DNA of 64,000 nucleotides from Candidatus Aenigmatarchaeota archaeon (GCA_016932215.1 JAFGDH010000019.1:1817-65816); one strand, 5' to 3'. Counted from the first letter of the stretch, positions 29,026-39,019 are shown. Notes: generated by a model not told the origin, from the letters alone. Translations and numbers: made by a program.

Positions 29026-30198
29026 ATGTACGAATTCGAAAAGCCGGACTACAGGGGAAACAGCATCATTAATTTGATGAGTTCCATTTCCGGTAATTTT
29101 GGAAAGAAGCATGATTATCCTGAACTTGGCTGCCTGAAGTCCGGGGACCTTGGAAAATTCAGGAATATAGTTTTGATAGTTATTGACGGGCTCGGGTACA
29201 ATTATCTGAAAACCAAAAAAAGGTCGTTTTTGCTGGATAACCTCAAGTCAAAGATGACTTCAACGTTTTTATCCAGCACGGTTTGCGCGAACACGTCATT
29301 CTCAGTGGGATATCCGCCGCAGCAGCACGCGCTTACAGGGTGGGACATTAACCTTAAAGAAGTCGGTGCGATCACCGCAATTCTCCCGTTTGTCCCCAAA
29401 TACGGATTCGAGTCACTCTCGAAGGCAAATTTTGATATGAATGGCATCATGGATATAAAATCTTTTCATGAGGGCTTCAAAGGAAAATGCTTTACCCTGA
29501 TTGACAAAAAGATATCAAACAGCCCCTTTACGAACTATGTTTCAAAGGACACTGAGATAATCCCAACTGGAAATTACAAGAACACGTTCACCAAGCTAAA
29601 AAAACTAATAAAAAAGAGATCCAGAAAAAGAAGGCTGATTCACGCTTATATCCTCGAACTGGATTCCATGACGCATAGGGAAGGAGTTAAAAGCAGAAAG
29701 GTAAATGAAATTTTCTGGGATTTGGACAACAGGATTAAATCTTTATCCGAATCGGTTAAGGGGACAAATTCACTGATACTCGTAGTATCCGACCACGGCC
29801 TGACTGACACGTCCCCGAAGAATGAGATATGGATTGAAAATATTGCCGGGCTGAAGGAATGCCTGACGATTCCCCTGGCGGGTGAGCCAAGGGCGAGGGA
29901 CGTTTTCATAAGGCCCGGGAAGGTGAAAGAGTTTGAAAGGATAGTTAAGACAAAACTGTCAAAATTTTGCTGGTGTTTCAGGGGAGAGCAGCTGATAAAG
30001 GACAATTTCTATGGATTGGGAAAACCGAACAAAAAACTTCTTGAAAGGGTCGGGGATTATGTCTTAATCATGAAAGAGAATTATATCTTAAGAGATAAGC
30101 TGGCGAATTACGAAAAACCAGAGAAATTCGATAAAGGGCAGCATGGCGGCGTAAGCGATGATGAGATGTTCGTTCCTTTGATTTCCATTGAATGCTAA
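29026..30198 (+). CDS. alkaline-phosphatase superfamily (nucleotide pyrophosphatase/phosphodiesterase-like) protein
   Basis: VLIVIDGLGYNYL, SSTVCANTSFSVG..ALTGW (nucleophile region), LILVVSDHGL and GQHGG blocks. Confidence 0.8.
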   Translation: MYEFEKPDYRGNSIINLMSSISGNFGKKHDYPELGCLKSGDLGKFRNIVLIVIDGLGYNYLKTKKRSFLLDNLKSKMTSTFLSSTVCANTSFSVGYPPQQHALTGWDINLKEVGAITAILPFVPKYGFESLSKANFDMNGIMDIKSFHEGFKGKCFTLIDKKISNSPFTNYVSKDTEIIPTGNYKNTFTKLKKLIKKRSRKRRLIHAYILELDSMTHREGVKSRKVNEIFWDLDNRIKSLSESVKGTNSLILVVSDHGLTDTSPKNEIWIENIAGLKECLTIPLAGEPRARDVFIRPGKVKEFERIVKTKLSKFCWCFRGEQLIKDNFYGLGKPNKKLLERVGDYVLIMKENYILRDKLANYEKPEKFDKGQHGGVSDDEMFVPLISIEC

Positions 30199-30246
30199 AT
30201 ACCATTCCAGAAAGAAATATTCTATAAATTTGTCCAAATATATCAT

Positions 30247-31434
30247 ATGGATCCGGTAAAGAAGATGGAAACGATCTACAACATCCGGAAGTATTACGTG
30301 TACAACTTCCTGATAAACGCCATGTTCCACACCCCGGTGTTCGTCCTTTTGTTCCAGGGAATGGGCCTAAGCCTGACTTCCATCATGTTCTTGCAGTCGA
30401 TCGCCTTCGTTACTGTCTTCCTTTTCGAAGTGCCTTCAGGCGCTCTGGCCGACCTCTGGGGACGAAAGAAGACGATAATGCTGGGAGCGGGGCTGATGGC
30501 TCTCGCCTATCTCACCCTCTATACTGTGGGCAATTTCTGGCTCCTCCTTGCGGGATTCTTCCTCCTGGGAACGGGAAGGTCGTTCTGTTCAGGAGCGGAT
30601 ACGGCGTTCATATACGATTCCCTCAGCCAGGATGACATGGAGCCGGTCTTCAAGAAGGTGAAAGGGACCGGGTTCGCGATGTTCCTCTTCGGGTCAGTGG
30701 TCGCAGCCGTAATAGGAGGGTACGCCGGCTCCTTCGATCTCCGAATACCATATCTCTTCACCGCCGCAGCGATGGCCCTCGCTTTCGTGGTCATTATCAC
30801 CTTCAAAGAGCCCAAGAACCTCAAGAACCTCACGGTGAAGCACTACTTCCTCCAGATAAGGGACGGCGTCTCGTTCGCCTTCCACCACCCCAGGGTCATG
30901 TGGCTCACCCTGTTCTCGGGCTTCGTCCTTTCCTTTTACATCTCCCGCCTGCTCCTCCAGCAGCCCTTCATGGGGAACATGGGGATAGACATCGCCTGGT
31001 TCGGGTGGATTTACGCCGTCCTTTTCCTGGTCTCCGGCGTCGTCTCGCATTACGCCCAGGAGATAGAGCAAAGGATCGGGGAGGAGAGGTCGTTCGTCCT
31101 CATCGGCGGACTGATGGTGATATCGTTCATCGTCCTGGGACTCTTCCCCTCGTACCTGTGGGTCATCTCCTTTTTATTCCTCCAGCAGTTCGTGATCGGC
31201 TATTACGACCCGGTCTTCTCGGATTACATAAACAGGCTGGTCACCTTCGACAAAAGAGCCACTGTCCTCTCGGTCAGGAGCCTTGTGGGGACGGTGATAG
31301 GGTTCTTCGTGCTCGTGGGGACCGGCCTGCTTTCGGACGTCTACGGGATAGGAAACACCTTCGTCTTCTCCGGTCTCGTCCTTCTCGCGGTCTTCGCCGG
31401 ACTGATCTGGTCGCAGAAGAGGATGGAAGTGTAG
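30247..31434 (+). CDS. MFS transporter
   Basis: 395 aa with 12 predicted TM helices and the MFS loop motif GALADLWGRKK. Confidence 0.8.
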   Translation: MDPVKKMETIYNIRKYYVYNFLINAMFHTPVFVLLFQGMGLSLTSIMFLQSIAFVTVFLFEVPSGALADLWGRKKTIMLGAGLMALAYLTLYTVGNFWLLLAGFFLLGTGRSFCSGADTAFIYDSLSQDDMEPVFKKVKGTGFAMFLFGSVVAAVIGGYAGSFDLRIPYLFTAAAMALAFVVIITFKEPKNLKNLTVKHYFLQIRDGVSFAFHHPRVMWLTLFSGFVLSFYISRLLLQQPFMGNMGIDIAWFGWIYAVLFLVSGVVSHYAQEIEQRIGEERSFVLIGGLMVISFIVLGLFPSYLWVISFLFLQQFVIGYYDPVFSDYINRLVTFDKRATVLSVRSLVGTVIGFFVLVGTGLLSDVYGIGNTFVFSGLVLLAVFAGLIWSQKRMEV

Positions 31435-31499
31435 GATAACAAATAAATTGTACTATAGGGAAATCTTTATAAGGACAATTTCCCAAATATACAATAAAT

Positions 31500-33209
31500 A
31501 TGAGAAAAACAGAAATCAGGGTTTTCAGGGAACTGGGGAGTGGAGGGAAAATAATTAGCGATATCTCCAGGGTTCTGTCTCTCGGGAAACCGTCGATTTC
31601 CAAGGCGGTGAATCTCCTCGAGAAAAAAAACCTCGTGAAAAAGACAAGAAAAGGAAAAAACGTGTCCGCAGAGATGGAAAAGAACCCAAAATGTCTTCTT
31701 TTCAGGAAACTTGTGAAAGAATATGATCCTGATCTGATGTTTTCCGGGAACAGGGAACGACTGTTACCGGAGCTTCTTTCGCCCGTGAGGGTCTCGGAAA
31801 TAGCCGAAAGGCTGGGAATATCCGAAAAGGAAACGTACAAGATGCTTAACGGCCTGAAATCCCTTGGGCTTCTCGAAACGGAGGACAAAAAGTACTGCAT
31901 AAAGCCCGGATCCGGCCTGCTGGATTATGCCAAAATGCTGGCGGATGAATTCAGGCAGGAGGGTGTGGAAGCGTGCTCGGAGGTGGTGTGGAGGAAAGGG
32001 GGAGAAATCCTTAAAAAGGCTCCGAATGGGTGTGATGTCTCCGGAACGGAAACGGCTTTTTCCGCGTTTTCCGGGCATGGTATAGAAATAACCCCCAAAG
32101 AACGTCATATTTATCAACCGGGAAGGAATCTCTCTCCGGGGGAAATATTCGTCCACTCGCTCGTATTCGCAAAAACGATGCAGGACAGGACACTTAGTGT
32201 GATCTTTTACCTGAAAAACAAAGAAGGGATGGACATCGAAAAGATAAAGAACCTCTGCGAACATTTTGATGTGAAAGACGTTTTTTTTGACATTCTGGCC
32301 TTTCTGGACGGACATGAAACCAAGAACAGGGATATGTTCCTTCCCACGGACGAGTTCAATGAAAAGGCAAGATTATACGATGTCAGGCTAAGGAAAAAAT
32401 TCGGCATGGAAAAGATAGGGGAGGTTCTCTCTGAGTTGGGAAGGAACCTGAAAGACCCCTTTGACATCTACCTGATAGGTGGAGGAAACATGATGATGAG
32501 GGGACTCAAAAACGCCACTAAAGATCTGGATGTGATAGTGGAAAAAAAGGAGGATTTCAGGAAACTGGCGGGGGTTTTGCGCAGTCTTGGCTTCCGTGAA
32601 AAAAGCATGACCGGGGAGTATGAAAAGATGAACCCCTCCGGGATAATGGAGAGGGGCGCGTTCAGGATAGATATATTTACCGGTCTGGTGTGCAATGCCC
32701 TCCACCTCAGCGAGGATATGAAGAAAAGATCGGAATCCAGAAAAACGGGGAATTTCAGCATGCATCTGGTCTCCCTGGGGGATATTTTCCTTTTCAAAAG
32801 CATTACGGGCAGAGAAGGAGACCTGGAAGACTGCAGCATAATATCGCGCCAGCCCGGAATAAAATGGGAGAAAGTGATGGAGGAAATAGAAACGCAGGGG
32901 AGGCTTACGAAGAGATTCTTCTCTTTCTCGGTTCTGGATACCCTTGAAATCCTGAAAGAAAGACATGGCATCGAAATACCCATATTCAGGAGGCTGGATT
33001 CCCATTGCATGGGGATCGCCCTGCTGATGTCCCTCAGAAAACCGAAAACCATGAAGGAGCTAAAAGAAGAGATAGACGTCCCGGAATACAAGATATACAA
33101 CACGCTCAAAAGGCTGGAAAAGGACGGCAAGATAAAGGTTGACCGTAATGGAAAGCTCAACGTCTATTCCTCCGGGGCCCGTGTAAAAGAATCCAAGTCT
33201 TTCGATTGA
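31500..33209 (+). CDS. multi-wHTH protein fused to a minimal nucleotidyltransferase fold
   Basis: wHTH 1 (ISRVLSLGKPSISKAVNLLEKKNLV). wHTH 2 (VSEIAERLGISEKETYKMLNGLKSLGLLE). NTase-like IGGGNMMMRGLKNATKDLDVIV. C-terminal wHTH (MKELKEEIDVPEYKIYNTLKRLEKDGKI). Confidence 0.7.
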   Translation: MRKTEIRVFRELGSGGKIISDISRVLSLGKPSISKAVNLLEKKNLVKKTRKGKNVSAEMEKNPKCLLFRKLVKEYDPDLMFSGNRERLLPELLSPVRVSEIAERLGISEKETYKMLNGLKSLGLLETEDKKYCIKPGSGLLDYAKMLADEFRQEGVEACSEVVWRKGGEILKKAPNGCDVSGTETAFSAFSGHGIEITPKERHIYQPGRNLSPGEIFVHSLVFAKTMQDRTLSVIFYLKNKEGMDIEKIKNLCEHFDVKDVFFDILAFLDGHETKNRDMFLPTDEFNEKARLYDVRLRKKFGMEKIGEVLSELGRNLKDPFDIYLIGGGNMMMRGLKNATKDLDVIVEKKEDFRKLAGVLRSLGFREKSMTGEYEKMNPSGIMERGAFRIDIFTGLVCNALHLSEDMKKRSESRKTGNFSMHLVSLGDIFLFKSITGREGDLEDCSIISRQPGIKWEKVMEEIETQGRLTKRFFSFSVLDTLEILKERHGIEIPIFRRLDSHCMGIALLMSLRKPKTMKELKEEIDVPEYKIYNTLKRLEKDGKIKVDRNGKLNVYSSGARVKESKSFD

Positions 33210-33225
33210 TCCTTCAGTTTCTCTT

Positions 33226-33912
33226 TTATTTCCTCGCGAGGAAGACGTACCTGTTTTCATCGAACCTCGTTCTTCCTGTTATCACTTTATACCCGTTTGC
33301 TGCAAAATGCTCTTCTATGATAGGTTCAATCGGCTGATTTTTATCGAATCCCGTGCCGATGAACGTGAAATCATGCTTTTTTACGAGCTCTTTCCAGTAT
33401 TGGTTTACGGCCTGGTCCGGGTGCGTTACGATAATGATCGAATCTGATGATATCCCCGCCTTTCCGAAATAACCTTTGGCCTCCCTGCGGATGTGCGCGA
33501 CCGGCACGTTCAATTTATCCGAAAGAATTGATGCCCTGGTGATTTCTTCCCCGCTTTTGTCTATGTTTATGGCGGGATAACCTGTCAGCAGGGCGAATGT
33601 ATGTGAGGGAAACGCGAGAGCCCCGCCCATTTCGAACACCACTCCCTTCCCGTCGTGCACCTGCGCCGCCAGGCCGCCCACCTTGGCGAGAAGCTCCAGT
33701 TCCCTGTGGACGTAATCCCTGAAATCCTTTCTTTCGTCGTACAGAACCGGCACAAGGCCATCCACGTTCCTTCCGTGCGATTCGAACAGGCACCTGGAAA
33801 GGATGTGCGTATGTTCGCCGAACAGCGGTATCTCCCCTGTCTCGTCCCACGGGTCGAGCGTCAGACTTTCCGCGTATTCCGGTATCATCCCGTCCAGATC
33901 CACTGCTTTCAT
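33226..33912 (-). CDS. hypothetical protein (possible Rossmann-fold methyltransferase-like)
   Basis: 228 aa. Weak motif I-like VFEMGGALA followed by AINIDKS. The assignment is tentative. Confidence 0.5.
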   Translation of the reverse strand: MKAVDLDGMIPEYAESLTLDPWDETGEIPLFGEHTHILSRCLFESHGRNVDGLVPVLYDERKDFRDYVHRELELLAKVGGLAAQVHDGKGVVFEMGGALAFPSHTFALLTGYPAINIDKSGEEITRASILSDKLNVPVAHIRREAKGYFGKAGISSDSIIIVTHPDQAVNQYWKELVKKHDFTFIGTGFDKNQPIEPIIEEHFAANGYKVITGRTRFDENRYVFLARK

Positions 33913-34011
33913 ATTATCCGGTCGCGTTTTGATTTATATTTTTATCCTAAATACCGACTTTTCCGTGGTGAAAATGGTTATATTTATATGATTTCCGGCC
34001 ATGATTAACTC

Positions 34012-34338
34012 ATGAGAAGGATAAGTCCGAACGAATTACGAATGAGAGGTGTATTCGAGGACAGGACCGGCATGGGGGAATACCTGAAGAGATATCTGGG
34101 GGCGTTCACCAGGGTTTCCGGATACCCCGAAGGTGACGTGCTGGACGTTGAAATAAGCATGGAAAACGGCCACCCGGAGAACTCCATGAAGACCAGGATG
34201 CCTGTGCTGAACAGTGGTGACCAGCCGGCAATCGCCAGTTGCATACGTCAAAGCCTGGAAAGCGGAAGATATCAGCCAGCGGACGAGATAGGGATAACCG
34301 TGAAGATAAAGAACAGCTGGTGCCCGCTGTTTTCCTGA
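34012..34338 (+). CDS. hypothetical protein (108 aa)
   Basis: ORF only. Confidence 0.4.
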   Translation: MRRISPNELRMRGVFEDRTGMGEYLKRYLGAFTRVSGYPEGDVLDVEISMENGHPENSMKTRMPVLNSGDQPAIASCIRQSLESGRYQPADEIGITVKIKNSWCPLFS

Positions 34339-34380
34339 GAGGGATATTAAATTTTTTAAGCCCCGATCCAATCTTATAGC

Positions 34381-34890
34381 ATGTACCATCTGTTCTTCGT
34401 GATAGCGCTGGGGTGCTTCGGCTATCATACCATCATACACGTCCTGGAGTATTTCGGACTCTTCAAGGCAAACGAGCGGGTGCATTTCTCCATAGGGATA
34501 GCCATGTTCTTTGGCTGGCTTTCGTATTTCTACATGTCCTTCTTCGACCCGTTCATGACCGGGATAAGCGCCTACATAGTGTTCGGCGTCCCCATGCTGA
34601 TCGCAGGCTTCTGCCTCTTCTTCGAGTCCCACAGGAAGGTCCATAAAAGGATGCACCACGGGAAAGGCCCGTTAGTCAGGGACGGCGTCTACAAATACCT
34701 CCGCCACCCCATGTACCTGGGCGAGATACTCATGTTCCTGGGGGCTCCGATCCTCGGAGGGAGCATGCTGACCCTGATGATATCGTCGGTCTTCATAATG
34801 ATGGTCCTGATCTGGCGGTATTTCGAGGAGAGCGAGCTCATGGAAAGGTATCCGGAATACGAGGAATACAGGAAGAAGACGATATTCTAG
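34381..34890 (+). CDS. isoprenylcysteine carboxyl methyltransferase (ICMT/PEMT) family membrane protein
   Basis: LVRDGVYKYLRHPMYLGEILMFLG and EESELMERYPEYEEYRKKT are the family signature. Confidence 0.85.
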   Translation: MYHLFFVIALGCFGYHTIIHVLEYFGLFKANERVHFSIGIAMFFGWLSYFYMSFFDPFMTGISAYIVFGVPMLIAGFCLFFESHRKVHKRMHHGKGPLVRDGVYKYLRHPMYLGEILMFLGAPILGGSMLTLMISSVFIMMVLIWRYFEESELMERYPEYEEYRKKTIF

Positions 34891-34926
34891 TCACTTATTT
34901 ATTTCCGCATCCACAAATCTGAACAC

Positions 34927-35667
34927 ATGGACAAAGATCACGTCAAAAAAATAGTCAAAGAGAACTACGGAAGGATAGCTGAGAACAGGGGATGCTGCAG
35001 GTGCGGATGCTCCAAGGGAACGGAGCAGGTATCCAAAGAAATAGGATACTCCGACGACGACCTGGCGAAATTCCCCGAGGCGAACATGGGCCTGGGGTGC
35101 GGGAACCCGACGGCAATAGCAAACATAAGGCCGGGAGACACCGTTCTCGATCTGGGAAGCGGGGCAGGTTTCGACGCCTTCCTGGCCGCTGACAAGACGG
35201 GTAAAGCCGGTAAGGTCATAGGAGTGGACATGACCGAAAAGATGATCGAGAAGGCAAGGACGCTCGCACTGAAGCACGGCCATTCGAATGTTGAATTCAG
35301 GCTAGGTGACATAGAATCCCTTCCAGTCGAAAGCGGAACCATAGACGTGATAATCAGCAACTGCGTGATAAACCTCGCCCCGGACAAATCAGCCGTCTTC
35401 GGTGAGGCGCACATGGTCCTCAGGCCCTCCGGGAGGATGTTCGTCTCCGATATCGTGCTTTTGGAGGAGATCACGGGAGAGCAGAGGAACGACCATCGCC
35501 TTCTGACCGGTTGCGTGGCGGGCGCCCTGCTCAAGGACGATTACATACGCCTGATAGAAAAGGCCGGTTTCGAGGTCCGTGTAATCAGCGAGAACAAGGG
35601 CATAAGCAAGGAACAATATCAGGGCATTCCCCTGGAGAGTCTCGCGGTAGAGGCGACCAAAAAATAA
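34927..35667 (+). CDS. arsM: ArsM-like class I SAM-dependent methyltransferase
   Basis: N-terminal VKENYGRIAE..CCRCGCS. Motif I DTVLDLGSGAGFD. DVIISNCVINL. Confidence 0.8.
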   Translation: MDKDHVKKIVKENYGRIAENRGCCRCGCSKGTEQVSKEIGYSDDDLAKFPEANMGLGCGNPTAIANIRPGDTVLDLGSGAGFDAFLAADKTGKAGKVIGVDMTEKMIEKARTLALKHGHSNVEFRLGDIESLPVESGTIDVIISNCVINLAPDKSAVFGEAHMVLRPSGRMFVSDIVLLEEITGEQRNDHRLLTGCVAGALLKDDYIRLIEKAGFEVRVISENKGISKEQYQGIPLESLAVEATKK

Positions 35668-35668
35668 T

Positions 35669-35863
35669 TCATTCTTCGAACACGAACAGTTCTTCTATCT
35701 TGGCCCCGAGAGCCTTAGCTATGTCATGAGCCAGCCGAAGCGACGGGTTGTACTTACCCTTCTCCAAAAAGACGATGGTCTCCCTCCTGACCCCGACCTT
35801 ACGGGCGAGATCCTCCTGGGTCATCCCGTGCTTCGCCCGGAACTCCTTTATCCTGGTCTTCAC
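35669..35863 (-). CDS. XRE/Cro-C1 family HTH regulator (64 aa)
   Basis: [52 protein letters not shown] start preceded by AGGTGA. Confidence 0.9.
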   Translation of the reverse strand: MKTRIKEFRAKHGMTQEDLARKVGVRRETIVFLEKGKYNPSLRLAHDIAKALGAKIEELFVFEE

Positions 35864-35873
35864 TAATTCACCT

Positions 35874-36006
35874 TCATTCCCCTTTCCTCCCGAACCAGAA
35901 GTACATGATGAAGAAGAACAGCGAGGACCCGAGTATAACCCCGATCGTCATGTAGGTCCCGACAATGCTCCAGTCCCCAGTCCTCTCCGCTATCTCGTTG
36001 ACTTCC
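35874..36006 (-). pseudogene. displaced 3' gene end (radical-SAM-type C-terminus with TM tail), repeat copy A
   Basis: The rc reads ..[44 protein letters not shown]. There is no start except an internal ATG at 35951. It is homologous to the C-terminus of the 40893..42038 product. Confidence 0.5.
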
Positions 36007-36039
36007 CTTTGGCGGAAAATAACCTTTATATACCAATAA

Positions 36040-36056
36040 ATTAACTACTTAATAGT
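36040..36056. promoter_or_regulatory. operator-like motif ATTAACTACTTAATAGT
   Basis: Exact 17-mer match to 7605-7621. Sits between TATA-like boxes of the divergent XRE-side and 36103 genes. Confidence 0.4.
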
Positions 36057-36102
36057 GGTTTATATATAATAGGTCTATAGTGGGGTTTGGGAGTCAGTTG
36101 AA

Positions 36103-36975
36103 ATGAGAAGATATGGTACCGGGGACATGACCGAAGAGGTATACAGGAACGAAATAAGCAGATACGGGAACGTGGGTGAATTTATAAAAAACAGGCCCGA
36201 TCTTGCTCCCGCTTTCGTGAAGTGTTTCGAAGACTGGATTAATTCAGATGTTTCCCTCGTTATAGAAGAGAGGTCAGGGAAAAAGGCGGGTCCGGCTGAG
36301 ATATTTATTCATGTTGGAAACAGGGCTTATACTGACGGGAAAAAAGAAATTTACATACCGGTTTCATATACCTTTCCTTTGATGACGGGGGCTTCCGTCC
36401 ATGAAAGGTTGCATTTCTATCCGGAAGTAAATGAGAGCGCTTTATCGTATCATGAAGAGAAAATAAGGGAATCAAAAACTATTCTTGAAAATGGCGGAAA
36501 GATAGGAAGGGAGTATATTTTGCATTTTTTTAAAACCCTTACAGGAAAGCATTTCGATTCATTAGTTGGTCATATCATATCCGAACTGATAGCTTACACT
36601 GAAACAGGGCCCGTTTTGAATGAGGCAAAAGTTCCGTTCGGGATAGATCCGAAGCCCTATTTTGATATGTGGGAAAAAAATCTGAAAAATGAAAAAAATA
36701 CTTTTGAAAGATATGAGGAAAGGGAACTTTTAATCACACCTGAAAGCTTTTATAATGAACTGATAAAATGGTACCAGTATTATTCTTTTGCTCGTCGCCC
36801 GAACGACGTCATGAAAGGGAATATCATTCCTTTAGTCTCGACACAATTTTCCCATTACGCTAAAATCGTGAACGGTTTTGACGAGATGCCCCCGTCCGAA
36901 TTATGGTCGCTGGAACCCGAGAAATTCGTTGAAGAATACAACAGGAAGGTAAGGAAACTGAAGTCGGGGAAATAG
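36103..36975 (+). CDS. HExxH-motif protein (putative zinc metallopeptidase)
   Basis: 290 aa with GASVHERLHF. No other family features recognised. Confidence 0.6.
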   Translation: MRRYGTGDMTEEVYRNEISRYGNVGEFIKNRPDLAPAFVKCFEDWINSDVSLVIEERSGKKAGPAEIFIHVGNRAYTDGKKEIYIPVSYTFPLMTGASVHERLHFYPEVNESALSYHEEKIRESKTILENGGKIGREYILHFFKTLTGKHFDSLVGHIISELIAYTETGPVLNEAKVPFGIDPKPYFDMWEKNLKNEKNTFERYEERELLITPESFYNELIKWYQYYSFARRPNDVMKGNIIPLVSTQFSHYAKIVNGFDEMPPSELWSLEPEKFVEEYNRKVRKLKSGK

Positions 36976-37000
36976 ATTGTTTTTCCTATCCTTCCCCCGA

Positions 37001-37029
37001 CCTATAACCCCCAGTCCTCTCCGCTATCT
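37001..37029 (-). repeat. gene-end repeat copy B
   Basis: The 21-mer CCCCAGTCCTCTCCGCTATCT (37009-37029) is identical to 35975-35995. The preceding TATAACCCC also matches 35933-35941, implying a ~33-nt deletion relative to copy A. Confidence 0.7.
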
Positions 37030-38051
37030 TCGGATAAAAATTCCCGCCAGTGTCTTTTTTTGATGAAGTCGGACATCTCCTTCCTTCTCTCCGCTTCTTC
37101 CCGGTATTCCTTTATGCGGTCTCTTAAGGTGGGCATTATAAATTCTATCTCGCGCCCATAGTGATTGAACCTGTCAATGTCCGCGAAAGCCAGATTTTCA
37201 GGGTACTCGTTTGCATATCCGCGCATCATGGAAATCAGGTGATTTGCATGCCTGATTTCAGGTGCATATATTATTTTATCTGGCAGCTCCTGCTCTAAAA
37301 GAGAGATTTCCCTTTCTGCATTTTCAATACTCGTCTCGTATTTGCTTATGGTAATGAACATCCTGTTCATCATTACCGGGGTTTTCCACCACATTATGTC
37401 AAGGTATCTCTTCCAGTCGTCTATTTTTGAATCTTCCCCTGATAATCTGGGGCATGTCCTTATGTTGTATCCGGTTATGGGGCTTCCGTTTTCCCACCAG
37501 AACAGATCCGGATGCTCTTTTATCACCACTGAAAACACTTCTTCCATTTCCGGGATGAGTATCTCTTCCTTTGTCTTCAGGTTCAGGCCGGGGAAATCCT
37601 TCCTGTAATCGTAGGAATGGATAAGGACCAGATTTTTATCCGGGTATTGCTCTGTGAACATGGCAAGCTTCATGAGCGCAACAGTACTGATTGATTTGTT
37701 TCTCCATGAACCCTTGACTTCGATGTAATCTCCGGTACTTGGTATGAAAAAGTCAGGGGTATAATTCGTTATTCCCGAATTGGTTATCTCTTTTTTCATG
37801 GTCACCGTTAACGGGAAATACTCTTTCTCGTAAACATAATCGAACCCTGCGACTTTGAGACATCTCGCAATGTTTGCCTCCTGCATGGACCTTACGCTGT
37901 GACCCAGGTCATACCTGTATCCCGCCAGCGGGGTCCCCGTGTTTCCTGACAAAAAAGCACCGTCAACCTGGTTAGGAGCACTGCCTTCAGCCAGCTCAAT
38001 GTCTCCGAAACCGGGATGTCTCATATATCCCTCGATGAAAGGTTTGCTCAT
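37002..38051 (-). CDS. PD-(D/E)xK nuclease-fold protein (TnsA-N/Vsr-like) with orphan C-terminal domain
   Basis: SVRSMQEANIARCL...NYTPDFFIPSTGDYIEVKGSW gives the E...D...ExK catalytic pattern. 349 aa. Confidence 0.65.
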   Translation of the reverse strand: MSKPFIEGYMRHPGFGDIELAEGSAPNQVDGAFLSGNTGTPLAGYRYDLGHSVRSMQEANIARCLKVAGFDYVYEKEYFPLTVTMKKEITNSGITNYTPDFFIPSTGDYIEVKGSWRNKSISTVALMKLAMFTEQYPDKNLVLIHSYDYRKDFPGLNLKTKEEILIPEMEEVFSVVIKEHPDLFWWENGSPITGYNIRTCPRLSGEDSKIDDWKRYLDIMWWKTPVMMNRMFITISKYETSIENAEREISLLEQELPDKIIYAPEIRHANHLISMMRGYANEYPENLAFADIDRFNHYGREIEFIMPTLRDRIKEYREEAERRKEMSDFIKKRHWREFLSEDSGEDWGL

Positions 38052-38105
38052 GTTTTATAAATAGACATAAATTTTTTAACTGGAGAATTCATTCATTCCC
38101 GACAT

Positions 38106-38144
38106 ATAAGCCCCCACCTTCTTAGCTATCTCATTGACCTCTTT
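38106..38144 (-). repeat. gene-end repeat copy C (non-coding relic)
   Basis: The rc reads TAA-KEVNEIAKKVGAYMSGMNEFSS*. 30 of 39 nt are identical to copy D. Confidence 0.7.
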
Positions 38145-38155
38145 TTAGTGTAGAT

Positions 38156-39019
38156 TTACAATAAGAGCTTTTCAATATTTTCCTTAACGACATCGATTTT
38201 TGCGAAATCCTGGATAAAATTATTCCCAACCTGATAGTTAAATGTTATTCTATGACAATTTTTTATTTTCCTGGCTAATTCATGGATCGGGTATGAAAAA
38301 AACAATCTTCCCGCGGGATTTTTTTTCATTTCATTCATCACCGCATCTTTAGATGTATCATAACCAAGCCTGGAAAGAACGGTATCTTCAAGCCTGAGCG
38401 CAATTGCTTCGTCAAAAATACCCATTGTTCCGAGTAATGCTAACATATCCTCAGCAAAATCCCTCCTTTCACGGGTAGTTTTCTTAAATTTCAATTTCAG
38501 GTTTCCCCTCTTATTAACCAGTTTTGCAGGAAAATCATCTCCATTTATAATGTTGCTCAATATTCCCTCTGCGACAACTAATGGGTGATTCTGAAGGGCA
38601 AACCCGATAAAATGATTATATTCATGAATATATGGTGCAATAAAACTGGGGTAATTCGGGTTTCTTGATTTTTCCTTGACAAATCCCTTTTCCGGAAACG
38701 AGAATAACGGATATGATGTTATGGCATTTTGGTAATTTATTCTCCCGTCAGATGAAATTTCAAGGCTTCTGTCATAAGTGGTGGAAGCAGTGAACATGGC
38801 ATCATCAAAACCCCCAAAAAATATGCCGGTACCTATTTTATTTAGTTCCCTGACAGTTTTTTCATCCGTGAAGCTGGACGGCCCAAGTAATCTCTTAGAT
38901 TCGCTATCCAGAAGATGAATATCATCCATTAAAATATCAGAATAGATTTGCATCAATTGATTTCTATATTTTTCCAGTTCTTCTTTTAAGCCCGTGCTGT
39001 TTCCAAAGTATTCTAGCAT
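38156..39019 (-). CDS. HExxH-motif protein (putative zinc metallopeptidase)
   Basis: 287 aa with APYIHEYNHFIGF. Very AT-rich. Confidence 0.6.
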   Translation of the reverse strand: MLEYFGNSTGLKEELEKYRNQLMQIYSDILMDDIHLLDSESKRLLGPSSFTDEKTVRELNKIGTGIFFGGFDDAMFTASTTYDRSLEISSDGRINYQNAITSYPLFSFPEKGFVKEKSRNPNYPSFIAPYIHEYNHFIGFALQNHPLVVAEGILSNIINGDDFPAKLVNKRGNLKLKFKKTTRERRDFAEDMLALLGTMGIFDEAIALRLEDTVLSRLGYDTSKDAVMNEMKKNPAGRLFFSYPIHELARKIKNCHRITFNYQVGNNFIQDFAKIDVVKENIEKLLL

